NCBI GenBank assembly: GCA_033762115.1
Contig: JANRLX010000111.1
Span: 14,399-78,398, forward strand
Direction of reading: 5' to 3'
Length of the DNA stretch: 64,000 bases
DNA from: Verrucomicrobiota bacterium
GTDB taxonomy: Bacteria; Verrucomicrobiota; Verrucomicrobiia; Limisphaerales; SXQI01
Positions 1 to 10,606 of this stretch are shown piece by piece; the first letter of the stretch is position 1; each line of letters begins with the position of its first letter. The position numbers were made by a program, and so were the translations under genes. The notes under the pieces were generated by a model. That model was not told the DNA's origin, did not search any database, and saw only the letters and a program-made list of their open reading frames with translations.

Positions 1-153
1 AATATCTTCCGCAGAGGCGCTTTCCTTGAATTTGAATGCAACCACATGGCGAAGCGTGTCTTTTTTCATCATTTTTTTTGAGTCCGCTGCGTTGACGGAC
101 AGGAGCAGTCCAGTAAACAGGCCGGAGAGCAGCAAGGAAGTAATCAGTTTCAT
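1..153 (-). CDS. Dabb (stress-responsive A/B barrel) family protein, runs off the window edge
   Basis: Hand translation from ATG at 153: MKLITSLLLSGLFTGLLLSVNAADSKKMMKKDTLRHVVAFKFKESASAEDI. Signal peptide followed by the LRHVVxFKFK start typical of Dabb domains. Not in the ORF track. Confidence 0.75.
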   Translation of the reverse strand, partial: MKLITSLLLSGLFTGLLLSVNAADSKKMMKKDTLRHVVAFKFKESASAEDI

Positions 154-256
154 TGAGTGGAGCGTAGGTAAATTTCCTGCTCGCGGCAATCCTGTAAGCA
201 AAGCGACGGAAATGGGAGTGCTTGCAACTCTCCAATCCTGATTCCAGTATGAACTG

Positions 257-820
257 ATGCTACTCTTTGTTCAGTCGGTGTTGATGGCTGTCATGCTCGT
301 TTATGGAGTGGGATGCCAGCAGACTTACAAGGAAGCTGTCACGGGCCCCACCCAGGTTCATGGCCCGCTGACAAGCAAGTCACGCATCTATGTTGCTCTG
401 CCGAGCGATGCGATGGATAAAAAAGCCACGGTCCCTGGTTCCGGCACTTTGACAGCCAAGGCAATGGTCACTGCCCTGACCGCCCGCACCCGTGGAGTAT
501 TTATTGGGAAAGCACCTGAACCGCTGGAGGATTCGTTGGCGGCGGCGCACGGTTTTCAATGTGATTATGCCATCATCACCACCCTCGTAAAATGGGAGGA
601 TCGTCCCACTGAATGGACCGGTGTTCGCGATAAATTGACCCTTCAGATCGATCTCTACGATGTTCGCACAGGTCAAAAAGTGGATTCCCGCCAAATTGAA
701 GGAAAAAGTGCATGGATGAACGATGGAGATGATCGTCCTGAGCATCTTCTCAAAGGTCCCATTGATAATTACGTCGGTTCCCTCTTCCGTGTCCTGCATT
801 CGCCCACGCTGCTGAACTAA
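257..820 (+). CDS. Lipoprotein, DUF4823-like
   Basis: Lipobox-like GVGC; WEDRPTEWTG motif resembles the DUF4823 WEDRATEWSG motif. Confidence 0.7.
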   Translation: MLLFVQSVLMAVMLVYGVGCQQTYKEAVTGPTQVHGPLTSKSRIYVALPSDAMDKKATVPGSGTLTAKAMVTALTARTRGVFIGKAPEPLEDSLAAAHGFQCDYAIITTLVKWEDRPTEWTGVRDKLTLQIDLYDVRTGQKVDSRQIEGKSAWMNDGDDRPEHLLKGPIDNYVGSLFRVLHSPTLLN

Positions 821-921
821 AGCCAATTCTTTACCGCTTTCCCTGAATCAATCTGTAGCGGGGAATCCGATTGTGAAACCGATTTGGCGGGCGGAAGGTT
901 AATTTATTGGAAATGCATTCA

Positions 922-983
922 CTGGGAATGTGGAGGTGGTACGCGTAATCAATCCCACCCACACAGCCACCTTCACATCCCGG
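922..983 (+). other. Intergenic stem-loop (18-bp stem, 25-nt loop)
   Basis: 922-940 pairs with 966-983 with one bulge and three G-U pairs that form only on the + strand. Confidence 0.5.
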
Positions 984-1056
984 ATTTTCTGCCGATAAAA
1001 GGGGCAGGGGTTTGAGTGCCGGGTATGGGGTTGAAGGTTATTAAGAGGTCTGTTAT

Positions 1057-1854
1057 ATGTTGTCTGTGAGTGCTCCTGACCAAAGTATGGTCGCGCTGAT
1101 GTTGATGCTCCTGCTTGGGTCAGTCATCCTCGTTGGAACATTCCTGGCAATACTCACCGCCCATTGGTTGCGCACGCGCAAATCATCTTTTCTTTTGGGC
1201 TCATTCCCTTCCGCTGCCTACCCGCGTGAAACTTCGGAGCGGACCCTTTCAGAACTTTTTGAACGCCCCGTGCGGTGGCTGACCATTCGTCATCAGAATG
1301 TGGCAGCAGTCCAAAGGGCCCTCGGCTTGCATAAGGCCGCCCTTTGCGGCTGGACAGAAGCGATCGCGCATCTTGGTGACCGGCGTCTCTTTATTTCTCC
1401 TCCCATCAAAGGCTGGATCCTAGTGGTGGGGCAGTCGCTGCCTGATCCGGCTGACGATCCGGACCGCTGCTTTCATTTCATCACACGCCTAAGCCGTGAG
1501 CTGGGGCGTGTCCAATACTTCAGCTACAATCGCGCCGTGAATCACCATTGCTGGGTAAAAGCGGACGCAGGGGTGATCCATCGAGCTTACGCCTGGGCGG
1601 GGGAAACAGTCTGGAATCAGGGGGAACTCACTTCTGCTGAACGCAACCTGGGATTGAAATGTTACGATTATGGCGAAAGCCCCCTGGTATTTCCATTCAC
1701 AGCTCGTGAATCACATTTCGCAAATGGAGATAAAGTGGTTCTGCTTGCCAGCCAATGGAGCATCGATCCGATGGGCATGGCGCATCTTCCACTCTTGTCA
1801 CATCCAGGGATTACGGGGGAAATCTCGGCCAAAAGCCGTGGATTTCCAGGGTAA
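1057..1854 (+). CDS. Hypothetical protein with an N-terminal transmembrane helix
   Basis: 265-aa ORF with a hydrophobic N-terminus; 6 bp from the next ORF. Confidence 0.75.
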   Translation: MLSVSAPDQSMVALMLMLLLGSVILVGTFLAILTAHWLRTRKSSFLLGSFPSAAYPRETSERTLSELFERPVRWLTIRHQNVAAVQRALGLHKAALCGWTEAIAHLGDRRLFISPPIKGWILVVGQSLPDPADDPDRCFHFITRLSRELGRVQYFSYNRAVNHHCWVKADAGVIHRAYAWAGETVWNQGELTSAERNLGLKCYDYGESPLVFPFTARESHFANGDKVVLLASQWSIDPMGMAHLPLLSHPGITGEISAKSRGFPG

Positions 1855-1860
1855 AGGTTT

Positions 1861-2109
1861 ATGGTTAAGATATTTAACAAGGCAACGGGGGAAATGTTGG
1901 GGCGCATTACCGAGGAGCAGCTTCAATTTCTGATGAATAATCTCGAAGAGGAGTCGTTGCAGGATAATGATTATTACCTGACTGCGGAAACCATCGATTC
2001 TTTTGCCACCCAAAATGCTCCAGAACAACTGCTTAACATCCTTCGTTCAGCCATTGGCGGGAATGGTGATGGAGAGATCCGTTACGAACGGGATGAAATC
2101 AGTTCGTAG
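1861..2109 (+). CDS. Small conserved acidic hypothetical protein
   Basis: 82 aa; GRITEEQLQFL..NLEEES..DNDYY pattern of a widespread small-protein family. Confidence 0.75.
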   Translation: MVKIFNKATGEMLGRITEEQLQFLMNNLEEESLQDNDYYLTAETIDSFATQNAPEQLLNILRSAIGGNGDGEIRYERDEISS

Positions 2110-2262
2110 GGGCGTTACCTGCTTTTAACATCATTTGTAAGTTGCTCGAAGTAAATACCTTAATAAGGTTGGCTTCAGGGAATTCAGCTATTTTTCACCA
2201 CCAGGGCTTGACCTTTTAATGGAAATCGCCATCTTACGGGGCTCTTTTTGCGAGAGTCATTT

Positions 2263-4101
2263 ATGCAGCATATTCGTAATATCGCAATCATCGCTCACGT
2301 GGATCACGGCAAGACCACGCTGGTTGATTGTTTGCTCAAACAGTCCGGCACATTCCGCAGCAATCAACAAACCGAGGAGCGGATGATGGACTCCATGGAT
2401 TTGGAGCGTGAAAAGGGAATCACGATCCGCGCCAAAAACGCTGCCTTTAAGTACAAAGATTACCACGTTAACATTGTTGACACTCCTGGCCATGCCGATT
2501 TCGGCGGCGAAGTGGAACGGATCATGAACATGATCGACGGGGTGTTGCTCGTGGTGGATGCCGCTGAAGGTCCCCAGGCGCAAACCCGTTTCGTTCTCCG
2601 CAAAGCCCTCGAAGCCGGGGCCAAGCCAATCGTTGTCATTAACAAGATTGATCGGGACAACGCCGCGCCACATAAGGTCCTCGACCAGGTTTTTGAATTG
2701 TTCATGTCGCTCCACGCGACGGATGAGCAGTTGGATTTCCCTGTGGTTTATGCCAGCGCCAAGCAGGGTTATGCCAAGCTGGAATTGAACCAGGAAAGCA
2801 ACACCATGGAGCCGCTGTTTGATGCCGTCATCAAGCACATCCCGCCTCCCCAGGTGAAAGAAGATGCCGAATTCAAACTGCTGGTTTCCAACCTTGATTA
2901 TTCCGATTACCTGGGGCGAATTGCCTTTGGTAAAATCCTTGGGGGAAAAATTCGCCTTGGCGACCCGATCGCCTGTATTCATGGGGATGGAAGGCGTACC
3001 TCTTCCAAAGTCACCGCAATTTTCCATTTCCAGGGAATGGCCCGTATCCAGATTCAGGAAGCCAGTGCTGGGGATATCATCGGAGTGACCGGTTTTGAAG
3101 ATGTGTTCATCGGCGAAACGATTACCGATACGGTGGATCGTCAACCGCTGCCTTTTGTGCCGATTGACCCGCCTACGATCCAGATGGAATTTGCCGTCAA
3201 CGATGGCCCATTGGCTGGCCAGGAAGGGAAACTGGTCACCGCCCGCCATATCCGGGAGCGTTTGCTCAAGGAAACACGGACGAACGTTGCCCTCAGGGTG
3301 GCCGATACCGAAGCGCCCAATATTTTCGCCGTCAGTGGACGAGGCGAAATGCAAATCGCAATTCTCGTCGAGCAAATGCGCCGCGAAGGTTATGAAGTCC
3401 TCGTTTCACGTCCTGAAGTGATCTATCGCAAGGACAAGGAGGGCAGGCTGCTTGAACCGATTGAACGCCTTTATCTAGAAATTCCAAAGGACGCGATGGG
3501 TGACGTGATGCAGAACCTCGCCAACCGCAAGGGTGAAATCCAGAACATGGAGCACCATGGCGATGAGGTGAGCATCGAAGCGTTGATTCCTACCCGCGGC
3601 TTGATTGGTTTTGAAACAGACCTCGTAAACCAAACTCGCGGTCTTGGCGTGATGAGCCATCTGTTCCACGAATATGGAGCGGACCGTGGTGAAATTGCTG
3701 CCCGCAAGAACGGGTCTCTCGTGAGCATGGATTCAGGCGAGGCCACAGCTTACGCCCTGAACATGGTGCAGGAACGGGGACGCCTCATGGTGGAGCCGGG
3801 TGACAGTGTTTATGTGGGCATGATTGTTGGAGAAAACGCCCGTGAAAATGATATTCCGGTCAATCCATGCAAAGCCAAGAAACTGACCAACATGCGTTCC
3901 TCTGGTGATGGGAAGGGCATTCAACTGGATGCTCCCTTGAAGCTTTCACTCGAACGGGCGCTTGAGTACATCGGTCCTGACGAGTACGTCGAGGCCACGC
4001 CAAAAAGCCTGCGGTTACGGAAAAAAATCCTGGATGAAACCCAGCGCAAACGTTCTTCCCAGAACCGGATCATCAAAGTGGAAGAAACCGTGGTCGCATA
4101 A
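2263..4101 (+). CDS. typA: Translational GTPase TypA/BipA
   Basis: [39 protein letters not shown] and C-terminal [10 protein letters not shown] / [11 protein letters not shown] motifs. Confidence 0.97.
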   Translation: MQHIRNIAIIAHVDHGKTTLVDCLLKQSGTFRSNQQTEERMMDSMDLEREKGITIRAKNAAFKYKDYHVNIVDTPGHADFGGEVERIMNMIDGVLLVVDAAEGPQAQTRFVLRKALEAGAKPIVVINKIDRDNAAPHKVLDQVFELFMSLHATDEQLDFPVVYASAKQGYAKLELNQESNTMEPLFDAVIKHIPPPQVKEDAEFKLLVSNLDYSDYLGRIAFGKILGGKIRLGDPIACIHGDGRRTSSKVTAIFHFQGMARIQIQEASAGDIIGVTGFEDVFIGETITDTVDRQPLPFVPIDPPTIQMEFAVNDGPLAGQEGKLVTARHIRERLLKETRTNVALRVADTEAPNIFAVSGRGEMQIAILVEQMRREGYEVLVSRPEVIYRKDKEGRLLEPIERLYLEIPKDAMGDVMQNLANRKGEIQNMEHHGDEVSIEALIPTRGLIGFETDLVNQTRGLGVMSHLFHEYGADRGEIAARKNGSLVSMDSGEATAYALNMVQERGRLMVEPGDSVYVGMIVGENARENDIPVNPCKAKKLTNMRSSGDGKGIQLDAPLKLSLERALEYIGPDEYVEATPKSLRLRKKILDETQRKRSSQNRIIKVEETVVA

Positions 4102-4118
4102 GTTCAGATTCAATTTCA

Positions 4119-4149
4119 GCCCGGCATTTTAACGAATGCCGGGTTTTTT
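4119..4149 (+). terminator. Rho-independent terminator of typA
   Basis: GCCCGGCATT-ttaacg-AATGCCGGGT followed by a T run. Confidence 0.85.
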
Positions 4150-4230
4150 ATTGTCCTGAGCCCGGTTGCATCAGTCCAGATCAGGACTCTCAAATATCTT
4201 GCCACCGGTTATGTCTGTATTTATGAGATA

Positions 4231-4833
4231 TTGTTCACTGTGAAAAGACGCTGGATCATTGTTCCCGTTCTGTTCAGCGTGGCGTTGATTCTCCTTTTCG
4301 GGCTAATCACGCGGCGGCATCGACAGGAACAGATGCGGGAACATCGTTTTGACCAGGCAATACTCCAGACAGCTCAGCGGTATAACATTGATCCTGCCCT
4401 GATTAAAGCGGTGATCTGGCAGGAAAGTCGCTTTCGTCCTGAAGCCCGGGGTGCCGCAGGAGAAATCGGCCTCATGCAGGTGCGCGACCTGGCAGCGGAA
4501 GAATGGGCTGAGGCGGAGGGGTTGGAAAATTTTTTTCATGAGCAAATCATGGATCCGGTAAAAAATATCCAGGCTGGCAGTTGGTATCTCGCGAAGGTGA
4601 TGAAACGGTATACAGACACCGATAATCCGATTCCCTACGCCCTGGCGGATTATAATGCCGGTAGGACGCATGTGTTGAAATGGATCAAGGGAGAGGCGAA
4701 AACAAATTCAGAGGCGTTCCTGAACCAGATTGCATTTCCCGGCACACGCAAGTATGCAGAAAATGTCATGAACCGGGTTCCGGAATATCAGCGACAGTTC
4801 ACACTTGCGGCTCAATCCACCCCGGCGCGTTGA
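4231..4833 (+). CDS. Soluble lytic transglycosylase (SLT domain) with membrane anchor
   Basis: QES catalytic motif, GLMQ and ADYNAG motifs; N-terminal TM helix. Confidence 0.9.
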   Translation: MFTVKRRWIIVPVLFSVALILLFGLITRRHRQEQMREHRFDQAILQTAQRYNIDPALIKAVIWQESRFRPEARGAAGEIGLMQVRDLAAEEWAEAEGLENFFHEQIMDPVKNIQAGSWYLAKVMKRYTDTDNPIPYALADYNAGRTHVLKWIKGEAKTNSEAFLNQIAFPGTRKYAENVMNRVPEYQRQFTLAAQSTPAR

Positions 4834-4841
4834 TCCGCTCA

Positions 4842-5777
4842 TTATTGCTGGTAGGCCTTCGGATTTTTCATCGTTTCGAAGAACTCAGCCTGCATCGCTT
4901 TCAGGTTGTTACCATCACGCGGGATTGTGATGGCCATTCCATCATAATCGACCGCTTTGGTTAAACAGTTCGGATTATAGAGCTGGAAAATCCAGGGCGC
5001 ATCACCCCACTGGTTGGCTTTGCCATGACCCTGGAAGGCATATTCCCGAAGAAAATCGCAGAGCGGATTTTTTGGAAGTTGGTTAAATGGCTCCGGGTCC
5101 CATGAGCTGACCTGGTCCCAAAAATAGCCGCGGGCCCAGTTGGCAAAAACAAAATGTTTCATCGTGATGTCCCACGCCCAGCCATCGGAGCCGTTGTAAC
5201 CGCGCCCATCAATTTGAAATACAATGATCCTGTTGGTAATGGATGGGTCGGTCAGGAATGCGCTCGCAACCGTCGTGCAGGAACCACCAACAAAAAGGAG
5301 TAGCGGTTTTTCAAAAGTTGCTTTGCGGGCTTCCGCCAGAATCAACTCGCTGCCGGCGGTTTTTTCGAATTTGGTATCTTCCAGTTTTCCGCTGGCAGGC
5401 TTTTCAATGGCAACTGTCGATCCGATTACCGCGTCCGGAATATTCCGCATCCCGCTGGCACGAGCGAGTTTCAGGAGGCGTTCCACTTCATCGGTCTGCT
5501 GCTTTAATGTGTGCGCATACTTTGTCTCCCAGCCAAAGGTGCAGCGGGTAACAATATTTCCCTTAAGCTTTGCCTCACCGAGGCTTGCCTTTGCCCAGAT
5601 GTAGGCGGCGTCAGGCACATCAGTCCACCAGTCATTATCATAGATAATGGGACAATCTGGAGAGACTCTTGCCAGGCGCACACCGCCATCCTGAATTTTG
5701 TATTCAGGTGGAACTGCCCAAAGTTGCGGGCACTGAACGCACGCTAAAATAAGTAAAATCAAGTGAATCAAACGCAT
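4842..5777 (-). CDS. Secreted protein, nucleoside-hydrolase-like fold
   Basis: Signal peptide MRLIHLILLILAC...; IIYDND motif, GSELILAEA and GGSCTTVA segments resemble IU-nucleoside hydrolases. Confidence 0.6.
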   Translation of the reverse strand: MRLIHLILLILACVQCPQLWAVPPEYKIQDGGVRLARVSPDCPIIYDNDWWTDVPDAAYIWAKASLGEAKLKGNIVTRCTFGWETKYAHTLKQQTDEVERLLKLARASGMRNIPDAVIGSTVAIEKPASGKLEDTKFEKTAGSELILAEARKATFEKPLLLFVGGSCTTVASAFLTDPSITNRIIVFQIDGRGYNGSDGWAWDITMKHFVFANWARGYFWDQVSSWDPEPFNQLPKNPLCDFLREYAFQGHGKANQWGDAPWIFQLYNPNCLTKAVDYDGMAITIPRDGNNLKAMQAEFFETMKNPKAYQQ

Positions 5778-5781
5778 ATTC

Positions 5782-6795
5782 TTAATTTTCAACTGCAACG
5801 GAAGCCGATTGTTCTTCCTGCGCTGCCTTGAAGAGGATGGCAATATCATCCTCCAAACCTTTCTCATCTTTTTGATTGGGACCAACACTGTAAATCAAAT
5901 AAATCCTGCCGGTTCGTTGAAGCAGGAGTGCTTTTCCGGTGTACGGGTCCAGGGGAACACTCTTCATGTAATCGCCGGGCAATTGATCCAGAGATCGTAA
6001 AATTTTCCTCTCTTTTAAATCGTAATGACGAACAGCGGACGCTGCTGCAACTACTTCAAGGCGAGCCGTGGCAAGCTCCCTTTTGGCTTTGGTCTTATCA
6101 ATTATTCTTTTTTGGGAAATGCCCAATAATCTTAAGACACCCTCCAGGAGTTTATTCGGTTTTGATTTCAGCCTGAAGTATTCCTCTCGTTTTATGACCT
6201 CATCGAAATGAATCCTGCTGCTTTTCACAATCTCCAGTCCGGCTGCAAGCTCAGCAGATTCAGATAGTGAAAGTTTCTCCACCAGTTTCATGAGCGGTTC
6301 CAAAGCCATCGATTGAAGCGAGATCCCAACCAGAGCGGCAAGAATTGGGCCTTTTTCAGAAATCTGTCCTGCCTGAATCAATTGCAGGTAGGTTTGGGCG
6401 GCCTGGTTCCATTCCTTGTTCGCTTCCTCAAACTTGCCTTTGATACGATAGGCGTAGGCAATTTTTCTAAATTCAGACAAGCCAGAATTTGTCATTCCTG
6501 TAGGAGAATAAACGGATTCCGGCACTTCCCCTGGCAGGCGAACGGCCTCGGCGATTTGTTGAAATGCGAGCAGGTTATTCGTGACGAACTGCCCAAAATT
6601 ATTCGTCACCGTTGAAGGATTCTCGGTGAAGGAGTTGGCTGCCTTTACCAGCAAATCATAACTGTTCGGATTCGGAGCAGGCGGCAGCAGACTGCCTTCC
6701 GGTTCAGGTGTGGATGAGAGGTAGCCGAGGACCAGAATCAAGGCGATGATGACTCCGAGCGTGATCCATGTCCTCTTTTTTGGCTGCGAAAGCAT
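5782..6795 (-). CDS. Membrane-anchored helical hypothetical protein with a GspG-like C-terminal motif
   Basis: N-terminal TM helix; C-terminal PLDPYTGK..YLIYSVGPNQKDEKG..DDI. Confidence 0.7.
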   Translation of the reverse strand: MLSQPKKRTWITLGVIIALILVLGYLSSTPEPEGSLLPPAPNPNSYDLLVKAANSFTENPSTVTNNFGQFVTNNLLAFQQIAEAVRLPGEVPESVYSPTGMTNSGLSEFRKIAYAYRIKGKFEEANKEWNQAAQTYLQLIQAGQISEKGPILAALVGISLQSMALEPLMKLVEKLSLSESAELAAGLEIVKSSRIHFDEVIKREEYFRLKSKPNKLLEGVLRLLGISQKRIIDKTKAKRELATARLEVVAAASAVRHYDLKERKILRSLDQLPGDYMKSVPLDPYTGKALLLQRTGRIYLIYSVGPNQKDEKGLEDDIAILFKAAQEEQSASVAVEN

Positions 6796-6860
6796 GATTC
6801 ATTTTAAATAAGCATGCCTTCCCTGGCCAAGCTATTATGGGAGATGGTGTCGACTACTTT

Positions 6861-6980
6861 TCAGTTTGCTCTGGATTGGTGAAGACTCGGGATCAGGACA
6901 ATCAAGGTCAGGTAGAGAAGGGTGTAACCCAGGGTAATGCCAAATCCCGGAAGGACGCTGCGTTCCTTAAATCGGAGCAT
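6861..6980 (-). pseudogene. cysT: Truncated sulfate ABC permease CysT (first ~31 residues only)
   Basis: Hand translation MLRFKERSVLPGFGITLGYTLLYLTLIVLIP-SLHQSRAN*. SVLPGFG.TLGYTL.YL.LIVLIP is the CysT N-terminus; it starts 2 bp after the previous operon gene. Confidence 0.8.
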
Positions 6981-6982
6981 AT

Positions 6983-7849
6983 TTAAAGATTGGAAGCGTA
7001 GGCTTTCAATTTCCTGTACTCCGATAAAATCGAAATCAGAGCTGATACCAGAGCCCTTGTCTGCAGGAAAACAGGTGCTGCTTTCGGGGTAATCAGCTCG
7101 ATTTCGAAAGGTTTGGGCCGGATTTTGGGAGGACCACTTAAGGCGCCCTGATATTCAGCGCGAATAATTCCATTGCGGGATTGCAGTCCATCAATCAAAC
7201 CACTCTGCGCCAGCGGCAACAGTTCTCCGGCAGCTTTCAATGCAGGTTCGATCAGGTTCCGGGTCAATGTGGCCCCATGAACAAATCCGTGCATTCCATC
7301 TGACGAATCGCTGGAATGAAGGGAGACCATTCCATGAAAGGCGTGGCTGCAAATTTCCCGTTCAAGGAGTTCCACTTCAGGCTCCACCGAGTTGTTCCAA
7401 AACTCCCGGTTAAGATCTCTTCCCCGCCGTGAGCAACGAGTATTATCTTCATAACCAGTGGGGTTGCAGAGCGGATAAATGAACAGGCAAAAATCCTTCG
7501 CAATGGCGGGCTCTGACTCGATCACCTGGATAAATTGTGCCAGCGCAGACGGTCCTTCCGGTTCATTGCCATGAATCCCTGCAAAAATCCCCAGGCGAAT
7601 CGGATCGTCCCCCCCTTTTGGGCCGATGAAAATGTAACGAGGCAATCGATAGGATTGGCTATCGACCTCAAAACAGGGCAGAGGTTTTGATAAAAGGCTG
7701 TGCGAAGTGGTGGACAGCTTTTCCAGAGGCGCAAGAAAATCCTCTATGGATCGTCGGCTCGCACTCACGCGCGTTGCTCCTGTAGGCTGGTGGATTGAGA
7801 AGCTCATGCAATGTGGCATGATGCGGCCCTGCTGCCAGGGCCGCATCAT
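6983..7849 (-). CDS. M14 family metallopeptidase / succinylglutamate desuccinylase-like protein
   Basis: GIHGNEPEG (HxxE), NPTG..R, DLNREF and SLH motifs; start codon uncertain. Confidence 0.8.
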   Translation of the reverse strand: MMRPWQQGRIMPHCMSFSIHQPTGATRVSASRRSIEDFLAPLEKLSTTSHSLLSKPLPCFEVDSQSYRLPRYIFIGPKGGDDPIRLGIFAGIHGNEPEGPSALAQFIQVIESEPAIAKDFCLFIYPLCNPTGYEDNTRCSRRGRDLNREFWNNSVEPEVELLEREICSHAFHGMVSLHSSDSSDGMHGFVHGATLTRNLIEPALKAAGELLPLAQSGLIDGLQSRNGIIRAEYQGALSGPPKIRPKPFEIELITPKAAPVFLQTRALVSALISILSEYRKLKAYASNL

Positions 7850-7858
7850 GACTCGGAT

Positions 7859-8866
7859 TTAAGGTTTATAGATTTGGTCAAATGTGCCGCCGTCATCGAA
7901 ATGCTCTTTTTGGGCCTTTCTCCAGCCGCCAAAAAGTTCATCGATCGTGAAGAGGTTCACCTTGGGAAACGCATTGGCGTATTTGGCCGCGGCGGATGGA
8001 GCGTTGGGGCGATAATGATGTTTCCCAATGATTTCCTGCCCTTCATCTGAATACAGGTATTGCAGATACGCCTGGGCCACTTCAAGGGTCCCTTTCTTTT
8101 TTGCATTCTTGTCCACAATCGCAACTGGCGGTTCAGCCAGGATACTGACAGAAGGCACAACGATCTCGAATTGTCCTTTGCCCAACTCCTTTTGAGCGAG
8201 GAATGCTTCATTTTCCCAGGAGATGAACACGTCGCCAATGCCGCGTTGCACAAAAGTGGTCGTTGAACCACGCGCCCCGGAATCAAGCACGGGAACGTTT
8301 TTATAAATCTGCGCTACAAAATCCTTGGCTTTGGCCTGGTCATTGCCATGTTTTTTTAGGGCATATCCCCAGGCGGCAAGGTAATTCCACCGCGCCCCGC
8401 CAGATGTTTTCGGGTTTGGTGTCACCACGGAAATCCCGGGCTTGGCAAGGTCATCCCAATCCTTCACCCCCTTTGGATTTCCTTTCCGAACAAGGAAAAC
8501 GATGGTGGAGGTATAGGGCGCACTGTTATTGGGGAAACGTTTCTGCCAGTCTGCTGGAAACAGCCTGGCCTTGTCGGCAATTGCGTCGATATCATATGCC
8601 AGCGCAAGCGTGACCACGTCCGCGGAAAGGCCATCAATGACAGCCCGGGCCTGTTTGCCCGAGCCGCCGTGTGACTGCTGGATCGTTACGGTATCGCCGC
8701 TTTTGGCTTTCCAATGCTGCGCGAAAGCAGCATTCAACTCCTGGTAAAGTTCCCGGGTGGGATCATAGGAAACGTTCAACAGGGTGATATTTTTTGCAGC
8801 GCTGTCTGTGACCAGCGCAGCCGCAACGGCAACAACAGTCAGTAAGGTTTTAATTTTAATGTTCAT
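7859..8866 (-). CDS. sbp: Sulfate ABC transporter substrate-binding protein
   Basis: [42 protein letters not shown] and WENEA motifs. Confidence 0.95.
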   Translation of the reverse strand: MNIKIKTLLTVVAVAAALVTDSAAKNITLLNVSYDPTRELYQELNAAFAQHWKAKSGDTVTIQQSHGGSGKQARAVIDGLSADVVTLALAYDIDAIADKARLFPADWQKRFPNNSAPYTSTIVFLVRKGNPKGVKDWDDLAKPGISVVTPNPKTSGGARWNYLAAWGYALKKHGNDQAKAKDFVAQIYKNVPVLDSGARGSTTTFVQRGIGDVFISWENEAFLAQKELGKGQFEIVVPSVSILAEPPVAIVDKNAKKKGTLEVAQAYLQYLYSDEGQEIIGKHHYRPNAPSAAAKYANAFPKVNLFTIDELFGGWRKAQKEHFDDGGTFDQIYKP

Positions 8867-8885
8867 ATATAGTGTAGTGAATAGG

Positions 8886-10289
8886 TTAAAATGAGATTTG
8901 GCCGCGGGTCAGAAGCACTTGTTCTCCCTCCTGGAGCAGAGAGGAAGTCCCTCCATCGAAATCAGTTTGTTCATAGTTCACCTGGACCTTGAAATTGCGA
9001 TTCAGGTGCCAGTTAAAACCGGCTGTCCATGAGAGTGCCTCATTTGCCGAACTGGCAGGACTCGCAAAAACGGGGAAGGCAGCGTCATCCACTTCCAGCC
9101 CGCTCACGCGCGCCGTCAATTCCCACGCCCCCCAACCTTCTCCGCCAAGGGCAAACGGTTTCCTGGGATTTACTGCCTTAAAGGCATTCTTTTCACCCGT
9201 TAAAAAATAGGAAGCTGAAACCTGCCATGCGCGGTTTTCGATATTGCCAAAAGTGGCGGCCCCATCATCTCGACGGAGTTCCTGGTCGGAAATCGCATAT
9301 TCACCCAGCAGTCCAAATGGCCCGTAATAGTAATAGAATTGAGGGCTAATCCTCCAATTCTCTCCATCGGCAACCACATTGGGCGCGGCTGCTGTTCCTG
9401 CGCCGCTGCGAAATGCAAAGAAGCGCTGTTGTCCCGGAGTGGAATAGGCGCGGGGAGCCCCTTCCCGGTTTCCATAAGTACCGGCAATCCCGATACCGAG
9501 CCCTTGCAGGCCTTCAATGTCCGAACTCTTGAACGGTTCAGCAAAAATGCGGGCTGCAATGTCCTTTTCATCGTCGCTGGATTCAATATCTGCGCTTCCC
9601 CCATCCGCAACACCATTGAACGCACCAAGCTGGTAAGTGAGCGTATTCTCAAAAAGCGTACCATGCACCATGACGCCCACATCCCTATTGGGCAGCAGTT
9701 GCGTTGGATAGGCGCGCTCAACAAAAAGAAGGTTCCCTCCGGATTGCAACCTTTCCAATCCCACCGGCTCTTTGAACTTTCCCGCCTGGATATTCAATGC
9801 GGGCCAAAGTTTGGCATTGAAGTAGGCATCCTGCACATAGGCATCATTCGCAGCGCTGCTGGTGACGCCGGAACCGAAATCGAGCATTAAACGATAATCG
9901 AATTTTTCGAATACAGTTCCTTCGAAAATCGGTCGAACCCTCCGAAGCAGGAAGGTATCATTGGCTGTCCCTGCGGAATGATCATCCAGGAAAAAACGAC
10001 TGTCCGCCTGGATGTAGCCACGCAGCTTGAGAACGAAATTCGTATCCGCGGATTGAAGAGAAAAGCCACCTGCCCCGGCGGTCAGAAGAGGGGTGGTTTT
10101 AGCCTTTTCCGCCGAAGCTTCCTTTTGCAATTCCAGTTGCCGTTTCAAAATTTTAATCTCCTGGTCAAGCTGCTCCACCTTTGTCCGAAGCTCCTCCTGC
10201 TGTTCGGCCTGCACTGGGCCGGAAAAAGGTTCGCTTGAGATGATTCCGAGTGCGATCAAAGCCGCCACCCGCCTGTAATTGTTCTGCAT
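8886..10289 (-). CDS. OprO/OprP family anion-selective porin
   Basis: Signal peptide, N-terminal coiled coil, [28 protein letters not shown] motifs, terminal Phe. Confidence 0.88.
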   Translation of the reverse strand: MQNNYRRVAALIALGIISSEPFSGPVQAEQQEELRTKVEQLDQEIKILKRQLELQKEASAEKAKTTPLLTAGAGGFSLQSADTNFVLKLRGYIQADSRFFLDDHSAGTANDTFLLRRVRPIFEGTVFEKFDYRLMLDFGSGVTSSAANDAYVQDAYFNAKLWPALNIQAGKFKEPVGLERLQSGGNLLFVERAYPTQLLPNRDVGVMVHGTLFENTLTYQLGAFNGVADGGSADIESSDDEKDIAARIFAEPFKSSDIEGLQGLGIGIAGTYGNREGAPRAYSTPGQQRFFAFRSGAGTAAAPNVVADGENWRISPQFYYYYGPFGLLGEYAISDQELRRDDGAATFGNIENRAWQVSASYFLTGEKNAFKAVNPRKPFALGGEGWGAWELTARVSGLEVDDAAFPVFASPASSANEALSWTAGFNWHLNRNFKVQVNYEQTDFDGGTSSLLQEGEQVLLTRGQISF

Positions 10290-10392
10290 GAGTAATTAAT
10301 TTCATAAGAACCTCCGGTGGTCCGGTCAGTCGCTCGATTTCTTCTGTTTGACCTCCAGTTGTCCTGGTGAGCCAGCCTGGGGGAGGGTGCAG

Positions 10393-10557
10393 TCAGGAAT
10401 TTTTCAAACGCACTTTTTCTTTGCGTTCGATCTGCACGACCTTTCCGTCCTGCACAACGATTTCCACTGAGCCAAAACGAATGCCACGAATGGCATTGAG
10501 AATCTGCTTCTCAGTTTCGCTCAGGCAAACTCCTGAATCCTGTTGACCTCCGTCCAT
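10393..10557 (-). CDS. YezD/DUF2292 (OscA-like) small protein
   Basis: IRFGSVEIVVQDGKVVQIERKEKVR motif; heads the sulfate-uptake operon. Confidence 0.88.
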   Translation of the reverse strand: MDGGQQDSGVCLSETEKQILNAIRGIRFGSVEIVVQDGKVVQIERKEKVRLKNS

Positions 10558-10606
10558 AGCATATTGCGAGCGGTTCAAAAATCCATGAACCCAGCCGCAT
10601 TTAAAT

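Noticed and set aside
1861-2109. Enzyme label sometimes attached to this small-protein family (galactosyldiacylglycerol synthase)
   Set aside because: 82 aa is too short for a glycosyltransferase and no catalytic motifs are visible.
2257-3375. Long antisense ORFs (also 57251-58270, 44578-45309, 28372-29013 and others)
   Set aside because: They are shadows of well-supported genes on the opposite strand and show no family motifs.
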